From IMG/VR virus record IMGVR_UViG_3300000114_000743: a stretch of 64,000 nucleotides of DNA; one strand, given 5' to 3'. This document shows, piece after piece, positions 39,207-48,655 of the stretch. The position numbers and the translations under genes were made by a program. Source of the stretch: a virus. Within the stretch, counting starts at the first letter, position 1. The number at the start of each line of letters is the position of its first letter. The notes under the pieces are model-generated. The model did not search any database and had not been told where the DNA came from. It was given only the letters and a program-made list of their open reading frames with translations.

Positions 39207-39827
39207 TCATCTTACACAGCTTTGGAAAGCAACCGCTCTCCCTAAAATTCGTATTTGTTCTAATTCTTCATTTTCATAGTAAAGAACGGGAAAAGTCGGG
39301 TTTTCGGCACGAAGCTCAATTCTGTTTTTGAATTTAAAAACACGTTTCAAAGTAGCGTCGTTTTCAATTAATACCACAGCAATTTGCGCATTATCAACAT
39401 CGGATTGCTTTTTTACAAAAACTATATCGCCGTCAAAAATACGAGCATTTATCATGCTTTGTCCTTTTACACGAAGGCAATAGTCGCAATTAATATCTGT
39501 ACCGACTTCTATATAACATTCTAAGTCCTCTTCCGCAAAGATTGGTTCACCTGCTGCGACAGTTCCGAGAAGGGGAACCTTTTGGGTTGTTATGGGGCGA
39601 ATATTATTAAACGACAAATCCTCATCTTCACCCGAACCCATTAATTTATTCGGTTTAATATCCAACACTCGACATAAATCTTGAATGGCTTTTATGTTAG
39701 GCTCGAATAAGTTAGTTTCCCAATTTGAAATTGAAGAATGCTTAACGCCAATTTTGTCAGCCAATTCTTTTTGAGTTAATCCTTTTTCTGTTCTTTCCTT
39801 TTTCAGTTTTTCACCAAAATTGATCAT
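39207..39827 (-). CDS. CI/LexA-like repressor (XRE HTH + S24 peptidase)
   Basis: HTH; VAAGEP cleavage site, GQSM Ser, ATLKR Lys. Confidence 0.9.
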   Translation of the reverse strand: MINFGEKLKKERTEKGLTQKELADKIGVKHSSISNWETNLFEPNIKAIQDLCRVLDIKPNKLMGSGEDEDLSFNNIRPITTQKVPLLGTVAAGEPIFAEEDLECYIEVGTDINCDYCLRVKGQSMINARIFDGDIVFVKKQSDVDNAQIAVVLIENDATLKRVFKFKNRIELRAENPTFPVLYYENEELEQIRILGRAVAFQSCVR

Positions 39828-39847
39828 TGTTACTCACCTCGATTCTG

Positions 39848-39954
39848 ATAATACCATAATATTTCGATTTTGTAAAGAGAAATTTCGTGTAATGCTGAAA
39901 CGAGTTCTTGACATTCGTGTTTAAATGGAGTATAATTCCAGCATTACACGAAAT
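39848..39954. promoter_or_regulatory. Divergent promoters and inverted 16-bp operators
   Basis: Left TTTACA-17-TATTAT (39876-39848); right TTGACA-17-TATAAT (39908-39936); atttcgtgtaatgctg 39882-39897 / cagcattacacgaaat 39939-39954. Confidence 0.8.
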
Positions 39955-39971
39955 CAAAGCGAGGTGAAGCA

Positions 39972-40190
39972 ATGAATCCGGCAATAAACATAGGCGCATA
40001 TTTAAAGGAAATTCGCATGAAACAAACAGATTTATCAATTAAAACAGGAATATCCTGTCCAAAACTCAGTTTGGCATTTTCAGGAAAACGGAGGTTGAGC
40101 TTACAAGACATTTCCAATATCTGTTTTATCTTAAATAAAACTCCCAATGACTTCATTGTACCTGAAGCACCTGATTTTGTAAAAAATTAA
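39972..40190 (+). CDS. Cro-like HTH regulator
   Basis: MKQTDLSIKTGISCPKLS...GKRRL; divergent from repressor. Confidence 0.85.
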   Translation: MNPAINIGAYLKEIRMKQTDLSIKTGISCPKLSLAFSGKRRLSLQDISNICFILNKTPNDFIVPEAPDFVKN

Positions 40191-40218
40191 TAAATAAAAT
40201 TACAAGGAGGATTCGTTA

Positions 40219-41295
40219 ATGCAGCCAACAATTAGTATTTCAGTCGAAACAATCATAGTTCATCCGCGCAACACGGAGTTTTTTGACGATATAAGCGGAA
40301 ATGAATACGAAACATTCCGTGATTCAATCAGAGATGAAGGAATAATAACTCCTCTTATAGTCGCAAGCGATATGACGTTATTAAGCGGTCATCAAAGGTT
40401 GAAAGCGGCACAGGATGTAGGATTAACAACTGTTCCCGTAATCGTAAGGGACGACATAAGCGATGATTTTGAAAAATTGAAAATCCTGCTTATCACGAAT
40501 TTTGGACGTTCAAGGAACGACGATAAAAAGCAGCGTAAGATTGCAGATGAATATGTGAAGCTGCGAGGAAACAAACACGGTGGTGACAGAAAATCAAGTT
40601 CTGATAATCAGAACTTGAAATTGACTCAAGATGACATAGCAAAAGAACTTGGTGTATCTGTTCCGACTCTGAACGAAATGCTTTCTATTGAGCGTAAACT
40701 CACACCTGAAATCAAAGAAATTCTCGACAGCGGAGCATTTACTAAAACAACAGCATCAAAAATTCTGATTAAATTAAGCAAAGAAGAGCAAAAAGAACTC
40801 ATGGAAATCTACGGTGCCGAAATAATCGAGGGTGTCACACAAAAGAAAATGCAGGAATTTGTTGACAAAATTAAAGGTCTTGAAGATGCAAAATCAGCTC
40901 TCGAAAACCAACTTGAAGAAATTCAAAACACCGATACTCAGCCAAACGAGGATGTTTTAGAAATCATCGTGGAAAGAGACAAATTGAAACAAGATTTACG
41001 GGAGCAGTATGAGGTTTCGCAACGTTATAAAAAAGAATTGGAAGAGGTAAAACGTTTTCAACGCATTAACGACAATGATAAAATATCTGAACCCGAAAGA
41101 AACACCGTAGACATAGAGACTCTCATTGAAGTCTGCGAAAATTTTATGAAATCGGTTGAATCGTATCAATACACAAATGAATTATATAAGAAGGCTCGGC
41201 AGCAAGAATTACAAGACGGGTCAGACACATTAGACGACACTATCCAAATAATCACAACGATAAGAAATAAATTGCGAAATGCGCTTCAAGAGTAG
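40219..41295 (+). CDS. ParB/Srx-domain protein with HTH and coiled coil
   Basis: HPRN, SIRDEGIITPLIV, GHQRLKAA, TQDDIAKELGVS. Confidence 0.85.
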   Translation: MQPTISISVETIIVHPRNTEFFDDISGNEYETFRDSIRDEGIITPLIVASDMTLLSGHQRLKAAQDVGLTTVPVIVRDDISDDFEKLKILLITNFGRSRNDDKKQRKIADEYVKLRGNKHGGDRKSSSDNQNLKLTQDDIAKELGVSVPTLNEMLSIERKLTPEIKEILDSGAFTKTTASKILIKLSKEEQKELMEIYGAEIIEGVTQKKMQEFVDKIKGLEDAKSALENQLEEIQNTDTQPNEDVLEIIVERDKLKQDLREQYEVSQRYKKELEEVKRFQRINDNDKISEPERNTVDIETLIEVCENFMKSVESYQYTNELYKKARQQELQDGSDTLDDTIQIITTIRNKLRNALQE

Positions 41296-41320
41296 CGGAA
41301 GTTAAAGCGAGGTCGATAAC

Positions 41321-41560
41321 ATGAACCCTATATTTGAAAATATAATTACGGAACTGATACAAGAAACCGCATATGCAACCAATCATCTGGAAGCCGACTA
41401 TATTAATGAATTGGAAAACAAAATATTAATAATAAAAAGTATTTACCCCGAAAATTCCGACATAAAGACAATGATAGGTTGGATTGCTGAAGCACGGCGC
41501 TACATTAAACAATTAATGAATGCTGACTGGATAGACGGCGAAATTATTATCAACGCATAA
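41321..41560 (+). CDS. Small hypothetical protein
   Basis: GAGG RBS. Confidence 0.55.
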   Translation: MNPIFENIITELIQETAYATNHLEADYINELENKILIIKSIYPENSDIKTMIGWIAEARRYIKQLMNADWIDGEIIINA

Positions 41561-41587
41561 ATTTGCCGAAAACATACAAACAATAAA

Positions 41588-42010
41588 ATGGCTAACAGCC
41601 GGGAAGGAAATGGTTTAATGAATTTTTTATGGTTAATAAAGTATATTATCGCAGGAGCGGGCGGGGTTATAAGCCTGTTTCTCGGTGGTTTCGATGTGTT
41701 CTTATATACATTGTTATCATTCATGACTCTCGATTATATTACCGGCGTATCAGCAGCAATAAAAGAAAAAGAACTTTCCGCTCAAAGCGGGTTTTGGGGT
41801 ATAGTAAGGAAATTATGCGCTCTCTCAATGGTAAGCATAGCATACTTCATAGATGTCTATTTGCTTGATAACTGTTCAATAGTCAGATATACGGTTATAT
41901 TTTTCTATATCTCGAATGAAAGTATTTCCATATTTGAAAATACGGTTCGGCTCGGTGTTCCGCTGCCGCAGAAGGCAAAAGATGTTTTGAAAGCAATGAA
42001 AGGTGAGTGA
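41588..42010 (+). CDS. Phage holin (holin 4-1 / toxin-secretion type)
   Basis: LGGFD, DYITGV..A...K.LS...G..GI.RK, NESISIFEN...LGVPLP; likely start 41618. Confidence 0.85.
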   Translation: MANSREGNGLMNFLWLIKYIIAGAGGVISLFLGGFDVFLYTLLSFMTLDYITGVSAAIKEKELSAQSGFWGIVRKLCALSMVSIAYFIDVYLLDNCSIVRYTVIFFYISNESISIFENTVRLGVPLPQKAKDVLKAMKGE

Positions 42011-42034
42011 AGCAAAAAGCAATATGCTTTACGC

Positions 42035-42050
42035 TATAACAAAATATAAC
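42035..42050 (+). repeat. TATAACAAAATATAAC motif
   Basis: Direct read. Confidence 0.7.
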
Positions 42051-42112
42051 TATAGGCAGGTGATGCAAAAACGCAATACCGTAATAATTATTTTAACAGG
42101 TGGTGATAAAAA

Positions 42113-42316
42113 CTGAAAAGAATTCCGTCAATTCCAAAAAGCCGGTTGTTTTCACAACCGAAACCGAACAGTAAAAAACAAAAGCAAAAACGAAAATCAC
42201 TTGAAAAAAATCCTCCGCAGTATGTATGCTGCCAAAAATGCAAATTGAAATTCACAACTCTTTTTAACATCCGTGGAAAATATTACTGCGGAGAACATAA
42301 ACCTAATCAGAAGTAA
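42113..42316 (+). CDS. 67-aa basic Zn-finger-like protein with putative CTG start
   Basis: AGGTGGTGA RBS, CQKC...YCGEH; manual translation. Confidence 0.5.
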   Translation: MKRIPSIPKSRLFSQPKPNSKKQKQKRKSLEKNPPQYVCCQKCKLKFTTLFNIRGKYYCGEHKPNQK

Positions 42317-42327
42317 ACAACCCACCC

Positions 42328-42343
42328 TATAACAAATTATAAC
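42328..42343 (+). repeat. TATAACAAATTATAAC perfect motif before AAAGGTGA RBS
   Basis: Direct read. Confidence 0.8.
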
Positions 42344-42360
42344 CATGAAAGGTGATTTAT

Positions 42361-42708
42361 ATGACAGAATCCACAAATAGGCCTTATTTTACAAAAAGCG
42401 TAAAAGTTGCGACATACCTGCGATTGTATGGAATAAGTGAAACCAACACCAGCGACAAGGTGACGGAAAGAAACCCAAAAGGATTAGTTGTTTTCTATTA
42501 TGAAGACGGCGACCGCGTAAGAAACGCCCTTCTCAGCTATAAAGACGACACAGATTTTCACGATCAGTTTGACTGTTATTACGAAGTGATGAGAGTTATT
42601 CACGGAAAAGCCGACACAGACGATGAAACACTTGCTAAGAATTCCGCCAAAAACGACGACAACGCAAACAATTACGACATAAAGGGAGAATCAGAATATG
42701 ACGAATAA
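42361..42708 (+). CDS. Hypothetical protein
   Basis: AAAGGTGA RBS. Confidence 0.65.
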   Translation: MTESTNRPYFTKSVKVATYLRLYGISETNTSDKVTERNPKGLVVFYYEDGDRVRNALLSYKDDTDFHDQFDCYYEVMRVIHGKADTDDETLAKNSAKNDDNANNYDIKGESEYDE

Positions 42709-43699
42709 AGAAAATACATTAAAACAAACACGAGGTTTTTTCAAGCTCGTCGGTTACATTTCCGGCGTTATGCGTAACGATTACTATACAGAGAAAATGA
42801 CGAAAACAGACAACCCAAAACTTCGCAAAGCAGTAAAGTTCGCTGTTCAGACGAGTCCTGAAAACAAAGTTTTTGTCACGTTAGCGGCACAACCGATGGA
42901 AAAAGTCTATTTTGCCAAAAAATCCGAAACCAAAGGTGAAAATTCTGCAATAAAAGCGGTCGATTGGGACAAACGCAAATCCTTCAAGGAAGAAGGTTAC
43001 AAGCTCATCGGTTGCAATATCGGCTTGGCGAAAAAAATTAATGCTGACGGAAAGGAAGTAAACGATAGCCAAAATCTTGCTGCGTATGATGCGATTGATT
43101 TGATAAAGACAAATTTACAGGACGGTATGTGCGTATTTGTCAGAGGGCATATAGAATACAGCCGTTTTGAAGAAAAAAATATCAAACAATACGTCATAGA
43201 CCAAATATCCCTTTGCCAACCGATTGATTTCACAGCGGAGGACTTCAAGCAAACGGCGAACTGGGAGCAGCCTATTGCGTTTCGGTCAGTTGAAAGTGAT
43301 GCGTCTGAAGCGGGTAAGTTCGTTTTGACCGGGAGTGTAATAAATTATAACGACATTGTTGATACCGATTTTATTATACGAGATGAAAAAATTGCGGTCA
43401 CATTCAAGAAAAACCTTAAACCGTATACTCATATTAAAATCTATGGCGATTTAATCGGAAGCGTTCAGGAAGTCGTCGTTGACGAAAATGACGGTTGGGG
43501 TGAACCGAACCCTATGGAAGCCATAAACGGTTATTACAAGGAAATGCTTGTCACCGGCGCTGATAAAACCACAATAGACACCGAAATCTATTCAGAAGAA
43601 AAATTCGATGAGTTTATGAGAAGCAAAAAAGAATTCGGCGAAACAGGCAGTGTGTCGTCTTCAAACAGCAGTGATGAAGAAGATGATTGGTCAGTATAA
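42698..43699 (+). CDS. Putative single-stranded DNA-binding protein
   Basis: Beta-rich, acidic tail SSDEEDDWSV, heads replication module. Confidence 0.65.
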   Translation: MTNKENTLKQTRGFFKLVGYISGVMRNDYYTEKMTKTDNPKLRKAVKFAVQTSPENKVFVTLAAQPMEKVYFAKKSETKGENSAIKAVDWDKRKSFKEEGYKLIGCNIGLAKKINADGKEVNDSQNLAAYDAIDLIKTNLQDGMCVFVRGHIEYSRFEEKNIKQYVIDQISLCQPIDFTAEDFKQTANWEQPIAFRSVESDASEAGKFVLTGSVINYNDIVDTDFIIRDEKIAVTFKKNLKPYTHIKIYGDLIGSVQEVVVDENDGWGEPNPMEAINGYYKEMLVTGADKTTIDTEIYSEEKFDEFMRSKKEFGETGSVSSSNSSDEEDDWSV

Positions 43700-43714
43700 G
43701 GGAGGAACCTACAT

Positions 43715-44875
43715 ATGGCAAGAGCGAGAAAAGGTACATCAACGCAAACTAAACTCGGCTTTTTGATATATGGCGAGCAAGGTACATGGAAATCATCCAT
43801 GTGTCTTGAGTTCGCCAAATATAAGCGCGAAGACGGCAAACCGTTTAAAGTTCTCTATTTAGACATAGAATCCGGTTCAATCGACGACTATATAGACGGG
43901 CTTGCCGAACAGGGAGTCAATCCAGATAACATATACATCGTCTACACACAGAGCCTCGGTGAAGTTCGCGAATATATCAAACGCGCAACATTAAACGAAG
44001 ATTTTTACGAATTAGACGAAAACGGTAACGAAACAATCAACATTGTAACCGATGCGGAAGGAAACCCCTTCAGAGCCGATGCAATCGTTGTAGACGGCGT
44101 ATCCGTGCTTTATATTGCAACCCAGCAGGGTCTTACGGAGTTTTCCAAAAAGAGAGCAACCGTAAGAGCAAAGAAAAACGAACTCACCGGCATAGAAAAA
44201 GTTGTTGCTATAGAAGGCAGCGGGCTTGAATTAAAAGATTTCAACACGCTTGTGTTTAAAGGGCAAGACCTTATCCTCGACTTAATCGCAAGCGGTAAAC
44301 ATTGGGCGATTACGGCACGTGAAACCGATGAAAAAGAGCGTGTCAAGGTCGTTTCCAACGGTGAAACCAGTTTTAACAGCATTGCAACCGGAAGGAAAAT
44401 GCCTGAAGGTTTCAAAAATATGGGTTACAATGCGAAAACCGTTCTCCACATGGTTATGAGCGAAGAAGGTGATGTTCAGGCGATAGTCGAGAACAAAGAC
44501 AGGTCTCTCATCCACAGGCAAAATGAACTTCTCGAAAATCCGACGCTTATGGATTGGGTGAAAGTAATTGAGCGTAATAAAAACCGCAACGAGTTTGTGT
44601 TAGCTAACGGTCTGGGCGAATCTGTGCGGACGGAACAGAAAATCTATGAAAAAGAAATTATGAACATAGACAACACGCCTGTATCTGACACCGGTAACAA
44701 TAGTGTCATTGACCAACACAAAGCGGAAATCACAAAAATCATGTCTGAAATGGATGCCGCAAAAAGAAAGACGATCAAAACACAGTTCGGCGACTTACCG
44801 TTTAAACCATCTGAAATAGCAGCAGTCGCCGACATTGACGTGCTGGAAAGGATTTTAGAAATAATTAAGAAATAA
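43715..44875 (+). CDS. AAA/Sak4-like P-loop ATPase (YorG-like)
   Basis: IYGEQGTWKS, LYLDIESGS, IVVDG. Confidence 0.75.
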   Translation: MARARKGTSTQTKLGFLIYGEQGTWKSSMCLEFAKYKREDGKPFKVLYLDIESGSIDDYIDGLAEQGVNPDNIYIVYTQSLGEVREYIKRATLNEDFYELDENGNETINIVTDAEGNPFRADAIVVDGVSVLYIATQQGLTEFSKKRATVRAKKNELTGIEKVVAIEGSGLELKDFNTLVFKGQDLILDLIASGKHWAITARETDEKERVKVVSNGETSFNSIATGRKMPEGFKNMGYNAKTVLHMVMSEEGDVQAIVENKDRSLIHRQNELLENPTLMDWVKVIERNKNRNEFVLANGLGESVRTEQKIYEKEIMNIDNTPVSDTGNNSVIDQHKAEITKIMSEMDAAKRKTIKTQFGDLPFKPSEIAAVADIDVLERILEIIKK

Positions 44876-44883
44876 ATGCAAAA

Positions 44884-44923
44884 CTTCCCTGCGGGCTGAT
44901 TCTCAATGCAGCCCGCAGGGAAG
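44884..44923. other. Perfect 15-bp stem-loop inside replication operon
   Basis: cttccctgcgggctg / cagcccgcagggaag; no forward U tract. Confidence 0.7.
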
Positions 44924-44955
44924 AACATTAATCTATATGGCGGGAGTCGGTAAAA

Positions 44956-45450
44956 ATGTTGAAAGATAATAATTTTGCAAAATCAAATAAATCATTATCA
45001 AAACTCCCTACAAAGAAAAAAATAAATGACGACAAAAAGGCTTTATTAACATACCTTTCAAGCATTTATGGCATTACATACTTTAATAAATCGTTTGTTT
45101 TTACAATAAACCATATCAATAACGGAACTTTGAAAAATCTTCAATCTCCAATATCCTACGCCGAACTCTTGGATATGTTCAAGTTTTATAAACAATTTTT
45201 AACAAATAAACAGATATACAATAAAAAAATAGGAAAGACATTTTCAAGCCAGCAAAATATTTTAAACTACGATTTAGCCGTTATTCTTTCAAAACACTCT
45301 GATTATTTACAAGAATTAGAAACGGAAAAGGCACGCGGAACGGAATCTGCAAAAATAGAGCCAACCTCAAAATTCGTAAACAAATCCGTAACCCCAAAAA
45401 CGATTGATAATAATGAGATTGATATAGAAAAAATGCTCGGCGAATGGTAG
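44956..45450 (+). CDS. Hypothetical protein, possible helicase loader
   Basis: Abuts helicase; ends DIEKMLGEW. Confidence 0.55.
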   Translation: MLKDNNFAKSNKSLSKLPTKKKINDDKKALLTYLSSIYGITYFNKSFVFTINHINNGTLKNLQSPISYAELLDMFKFYKQFLTNKQIYNKKIGKTFSSQQNILNYDLAVILSKHSDYLQELETEKARGTESAKIEPTSKFVNKSVTPKTIDNNEIDIEKMLGEW

Positions 45451-47010
45451 GTGAATGAAATCGAAAATGAAGATAAAAAGAACGATAGAAATGTAGTCAC
45501 TGAATCGTTTTTAATCGGAAGCATATACAAACAGCCCGATTTTTACATTGAATACAGCCGTTATATAGTCAGTAAGTATGATTTCGCCGACGATGCAACA
45601 AGGTTTTTTTACGATAATTTTGCTCTAATGTACGAAACTTTTACACAGACGATAAATGAAATCAACATCAACGCTTGGATGACGCAGGATAAAGACCGCT
45701 TGAAAAAATATAAACTGTACGGCGGGTACACCCTCTTGAAAACATGGATGGATTTATCGCAGGAAAAAGATTTTAAAAATTATTTTTCAACCGTAAAAAA
45801 ATTCAGCTTGATAAGGGAATATCAGCGTTATGGTTTTCCGGCGGAGCGAATCACAGAATATAGTAATTTTGAAAAAATGACCGCAAAAGACGTGTACAAA
45901 TTAATCCGTTCTAAATGCGATAAAATCTTCACAATAATCGACGGCGAAGAAGAAAGTCATATTATTAATGACGATATGATTAAAGTAATAAATTCCTGTT
46001 TAATAACACCTGACATCGGCCTGCCGTATCCGTTTGAAATAGTCAACGAGCTTTTTAAAGGAATGATGGAACAGACGTTTTTATGTGTCGGAATGGCGTC
46101 AAACGAAGGAAAAACACGTTTTATGATAATGCTTGTCGCTTATATTTCTTTGGTTTTAAAGCAAAAAACTTTCGTAATGTTGAATGAAATGACCGAAAGG
46201 CAAATAAAGCACTGCCTTATTACAACAGTCTTGAACAATAAAGAGTTCAAAACTCTCCACGGCGTTGATATAACAAAAAACGAAAAAGAAATCTCGCTTG
46301 GCTTATACAGGGATAGCAAAGGAAACTTCATTACTCGCAAAACGGACAGCAACGGTAAATTTACAGAAACCGAAAGTGACTATATCCGCCGTTTAGAAGA
46401 AACAAGCGATGAATACAACAAAGTCCGAAAAGTCGCCGAATGGGTTGAAGCCGAAAGCGAGGGCAAAATTTATGTCAAAGAGTTAATGCGCTACGACGAC
46501 GCAACACTTGAGTTCGAGATACGCAAGCACGTTTTAATCTACAATGTAAAATATGTTTTCTACGACACAATGAAAAACGACGATTCTACAATCGGTGATT
46601 GGGCGGCGTTTAAATTAACAACAACGAAGCTGAAACAGATAATAAACGAATTGAAAATTTATGGGTACGGTTCAATACAGCTTACTGACGACACGCACTT
46701 CACCGACCCGTTGCAGCTTAATTCAAACAATATCGGAGCTTGTAAGGCGATTAAGCATTTATTAGACCAATTACTCTTATCAAGAAAAATCAGCAAGGAA
46801 TCTTATTACAAATATCAGATTATTCAAACTGATGATGAATGGGGCGAACCGCACCCAGCCGATTTAGACTTGAATAAAATTTACTACAGTTTTCTTGTTG
46901 ATAAAAACAGAAAAGGCGACAAGCAAGCGATAGCTTTTCAAGTTGATTTAAATTTGAACACATGGCAGGAAGTCGGAATCCTTACATATAAAAAGAAAAA
47001 GAACGATTGA
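45451..47010 (+). CDS. DnaB-like replicative helicase (YorI-like)
   Basis: GMASNEGKT, VFYDTMK, SIQL, VDKNRKG. Confidence 0.85.
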   Translation: MNEIENEDKKNDRNVVTESFLIGSIYKQPDFYIEYSRYIVSKYDFADDATRFFYDNFALMYETFTQTINEININAWMTQDKDRLKKYKLYGGYTLLKTWMDLSQEKDFKNYFSTVKKFSLIREYQRYGFPAERITEYSNFEKMTAKDVYKLIRSKCDKIFTIIDGEEESHIINDDMIKVINSCLITPDIGLPYPFEIVNELFKGMMEQTFLCVGMASNEGKTRFMIMLVAYISLVLKQKTFVMLNEMTERQIKHCLITTVLNNKEFKTLHGVDITKNEKEISLGLYRDSKGNFITRKTDSNGKFTETESDYIRRLEETSDEYNKVRKVAEWVEAESEGKIYVKELMRYDDATLEFEIRKHVLIYNVKYVFYDTMKNDDSTIGDWAAFKLTTTKLKQIINELKIYGYGSIQLTDDTHFTDPLQLNSNNIGACKAIKHLLDQLLLSRKISKESYYKYQIIQTDDEWGEPHPADLDLNKIYYSFLVDKNRKGDKQAIAFQVDLNLNTWQEVGILTYKKKKND

Positions 47011-47027
47011 AAGCAAGGTGGTGCTGC

Positions 47028-48062
47028 GTGGATGTAAAATTTCTAAACGGGTTTATTTACGAGAACAATCAAACCGAGAAAGTTCTTGAAGAACTCGGTA
47101 TGCACCACATAAAACAGCACAAAGGCGGCAAATATTACACCTGCGGAATTCCCGGCGGCGACAACAATTCAAGTACCATAATCTATAATAACGAACGCTT
47201 GAATGTAGTTGCTTACACTCGTGATATTATAGACACTTTCGGTAATTCCGACATAATTTCACTAACCTGTTATATTCACAAATGTTACTTTTCAAACGCA
47301 ATAAAAATCTTGTGTGATATTGTCGGGCTTGATTACTACGCATCCCCCGACGATGAACTACCCGATTCGATAAAATGGACTAAACAACTTTTAGCAATGA
47401 ATTCCAATATCGAAAACGACGAACCCGAAATTCTTGAACCCATCAACGAAAATATTTTATCCTACTACAAACAAAAACCGATTTCGCAATGGATACAAAC
47501 AGAAGATATTTGCAATAAAGTGCAAAAAGAGTTTGAAATAGGATTTGATTTGCAAACAGAAAGAATAACAATCCCGATACGCGATGAAATGGGAAACCTC
47601 GTTGGCGTCAAGGGACGTTTATACTTGCAAGAACCTACGGAATTTCTCCCGAAATACGTATACTTAGAACGTTGTCCCAAAACCCAAATTTTATTCGGAC
47701 TTCACCATGCTTACGAAAGCATTAAACGAAAGAAAGCCGTCATCGTCTGTGAATCTGAAAAAGGTGTCATGCAGTTATGGTCGAAAGACATTAAAAACGC
47801 CGTCAGTATTGGCGGGCACACATTTAGCAAAACGCAAATAGAGAAGATTTCACGTTTAAATTGCAGGGTAATCGTGGCGTTCGACAAGGATATTTCAGAG
47901 AAAGAAGTTTTAAAAGAATGCGATAAATTTATGCACTGTATAAATGTTTACTACATCATGGATAAAGACGGCTTGCTCGGCGAAAAAGAAAGCCCTATGG
48001 ACAACGGTGATAAATTCAAAATACTTTTTGAAAACAACATATATCCTTATGTGAAAGGTTGA
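47028..48062 (+). CDS. DNA primase (YorJ-like)
   Basis: IPIRD..G..VGVKGR, VCESEKG TOPRIM, AFDKD; GTG start. Confidence 0.9.
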   Translation: MDVKFLNGFIYENNQTEKVLEELGMHHIKQHKGGKYYTCGIPGGDNNSSTIIYNNERLNVVAYTRDIIDTFGNSDIISLTCYIHKCYFSNAIKILCDIVGLDYYASPDDELPDSIKWTKQLLAMNSNIENDEPEILEPINENILSYYKQKPISQWIQTEDICNKVQKEFEIGFDLQTERITIPIRDEMGNLVGVKGRLYLQEPTEFLPKYVYLERCPKTQILFGLHHAYESIKRKKAVIVCESEKGVMQLWSKDIKNAVSIGGHTFSKTQIEKISRLNCRVIVAFDKDISEKEVLKECDKFMHCINVYYIMDKDGLLGEKESPMDNGDKFKILFENNIYPYVKG

Positions 48063-48067
48063 GCGAA

Positions 48068-48655
48068 ATGGATTTAAAACAACGGGTTATAACCGAATTA
48101 AATAAAAGGATAGCGGAGTTGCAGAACATTTTACCCAAAAATGTGTTTGATATAAACGATTTCTACTTCGCCGGAGGTTGCATTTACAGCATATGGCACG
48201 GCAACGAGCCAAAGGACTACGATATATTTTGTAAAAATAAAAAAGCGATGAAGAAGATCATAAACTTTTTTAACGTAAATAAAGAAAAATGTAACGTAAT
48301 AACCGAAAATGCAATAACAATGGGAAATTATCAGTTTGTTACAAAATATATCGGCAATCCCGATATTCAGGTCAGCAAATTCGATTTCAAGCACAATATG
48401 TTCTATTATGACGGAAAAGAATTGGTTTCCGTGTCGGGTTGGAAATACATAGAAAGTAATCAATTAGAGTTCAATTCCAAACGAGCGCGTGACGTTTTAA
48501 ACATTATTTCCCGAATTCCAAAATTCGTCGAGCGCGGCATGGAAATTACTCAAAGCGAAATTTACACCATCCTCGAATGCGGCACACGCCCCTCCCGTAT
48601 ATTCAGTGAAAGAGCAGCGGTTAAACGCCACCGAAGCGGAAGGAGCGGATATTAA
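48068..48655 (+). CDS. Pol-beta-superfamily nucleotidyltransferase
   Basis: FAGGCI...KDYDIF motif, KFDF. Confidence 0.65.
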   Translation: MDLKQRVITELNKRIAELQNILPKNVFDINDFYFAGGCIYSIWHGNEPKDYDIFCKNKKAMKKIINFFNVNKEKCNVITENAITMGNYQFVTKYIGNPDIQVSKFDFKHNMFYYDGKELVSVSGWKYIESNQLEFNSKRARDVLNIISRIPKFVERGMEITQSEIYTILECGTRPSRIFSERAAVKRHRSGRSGY

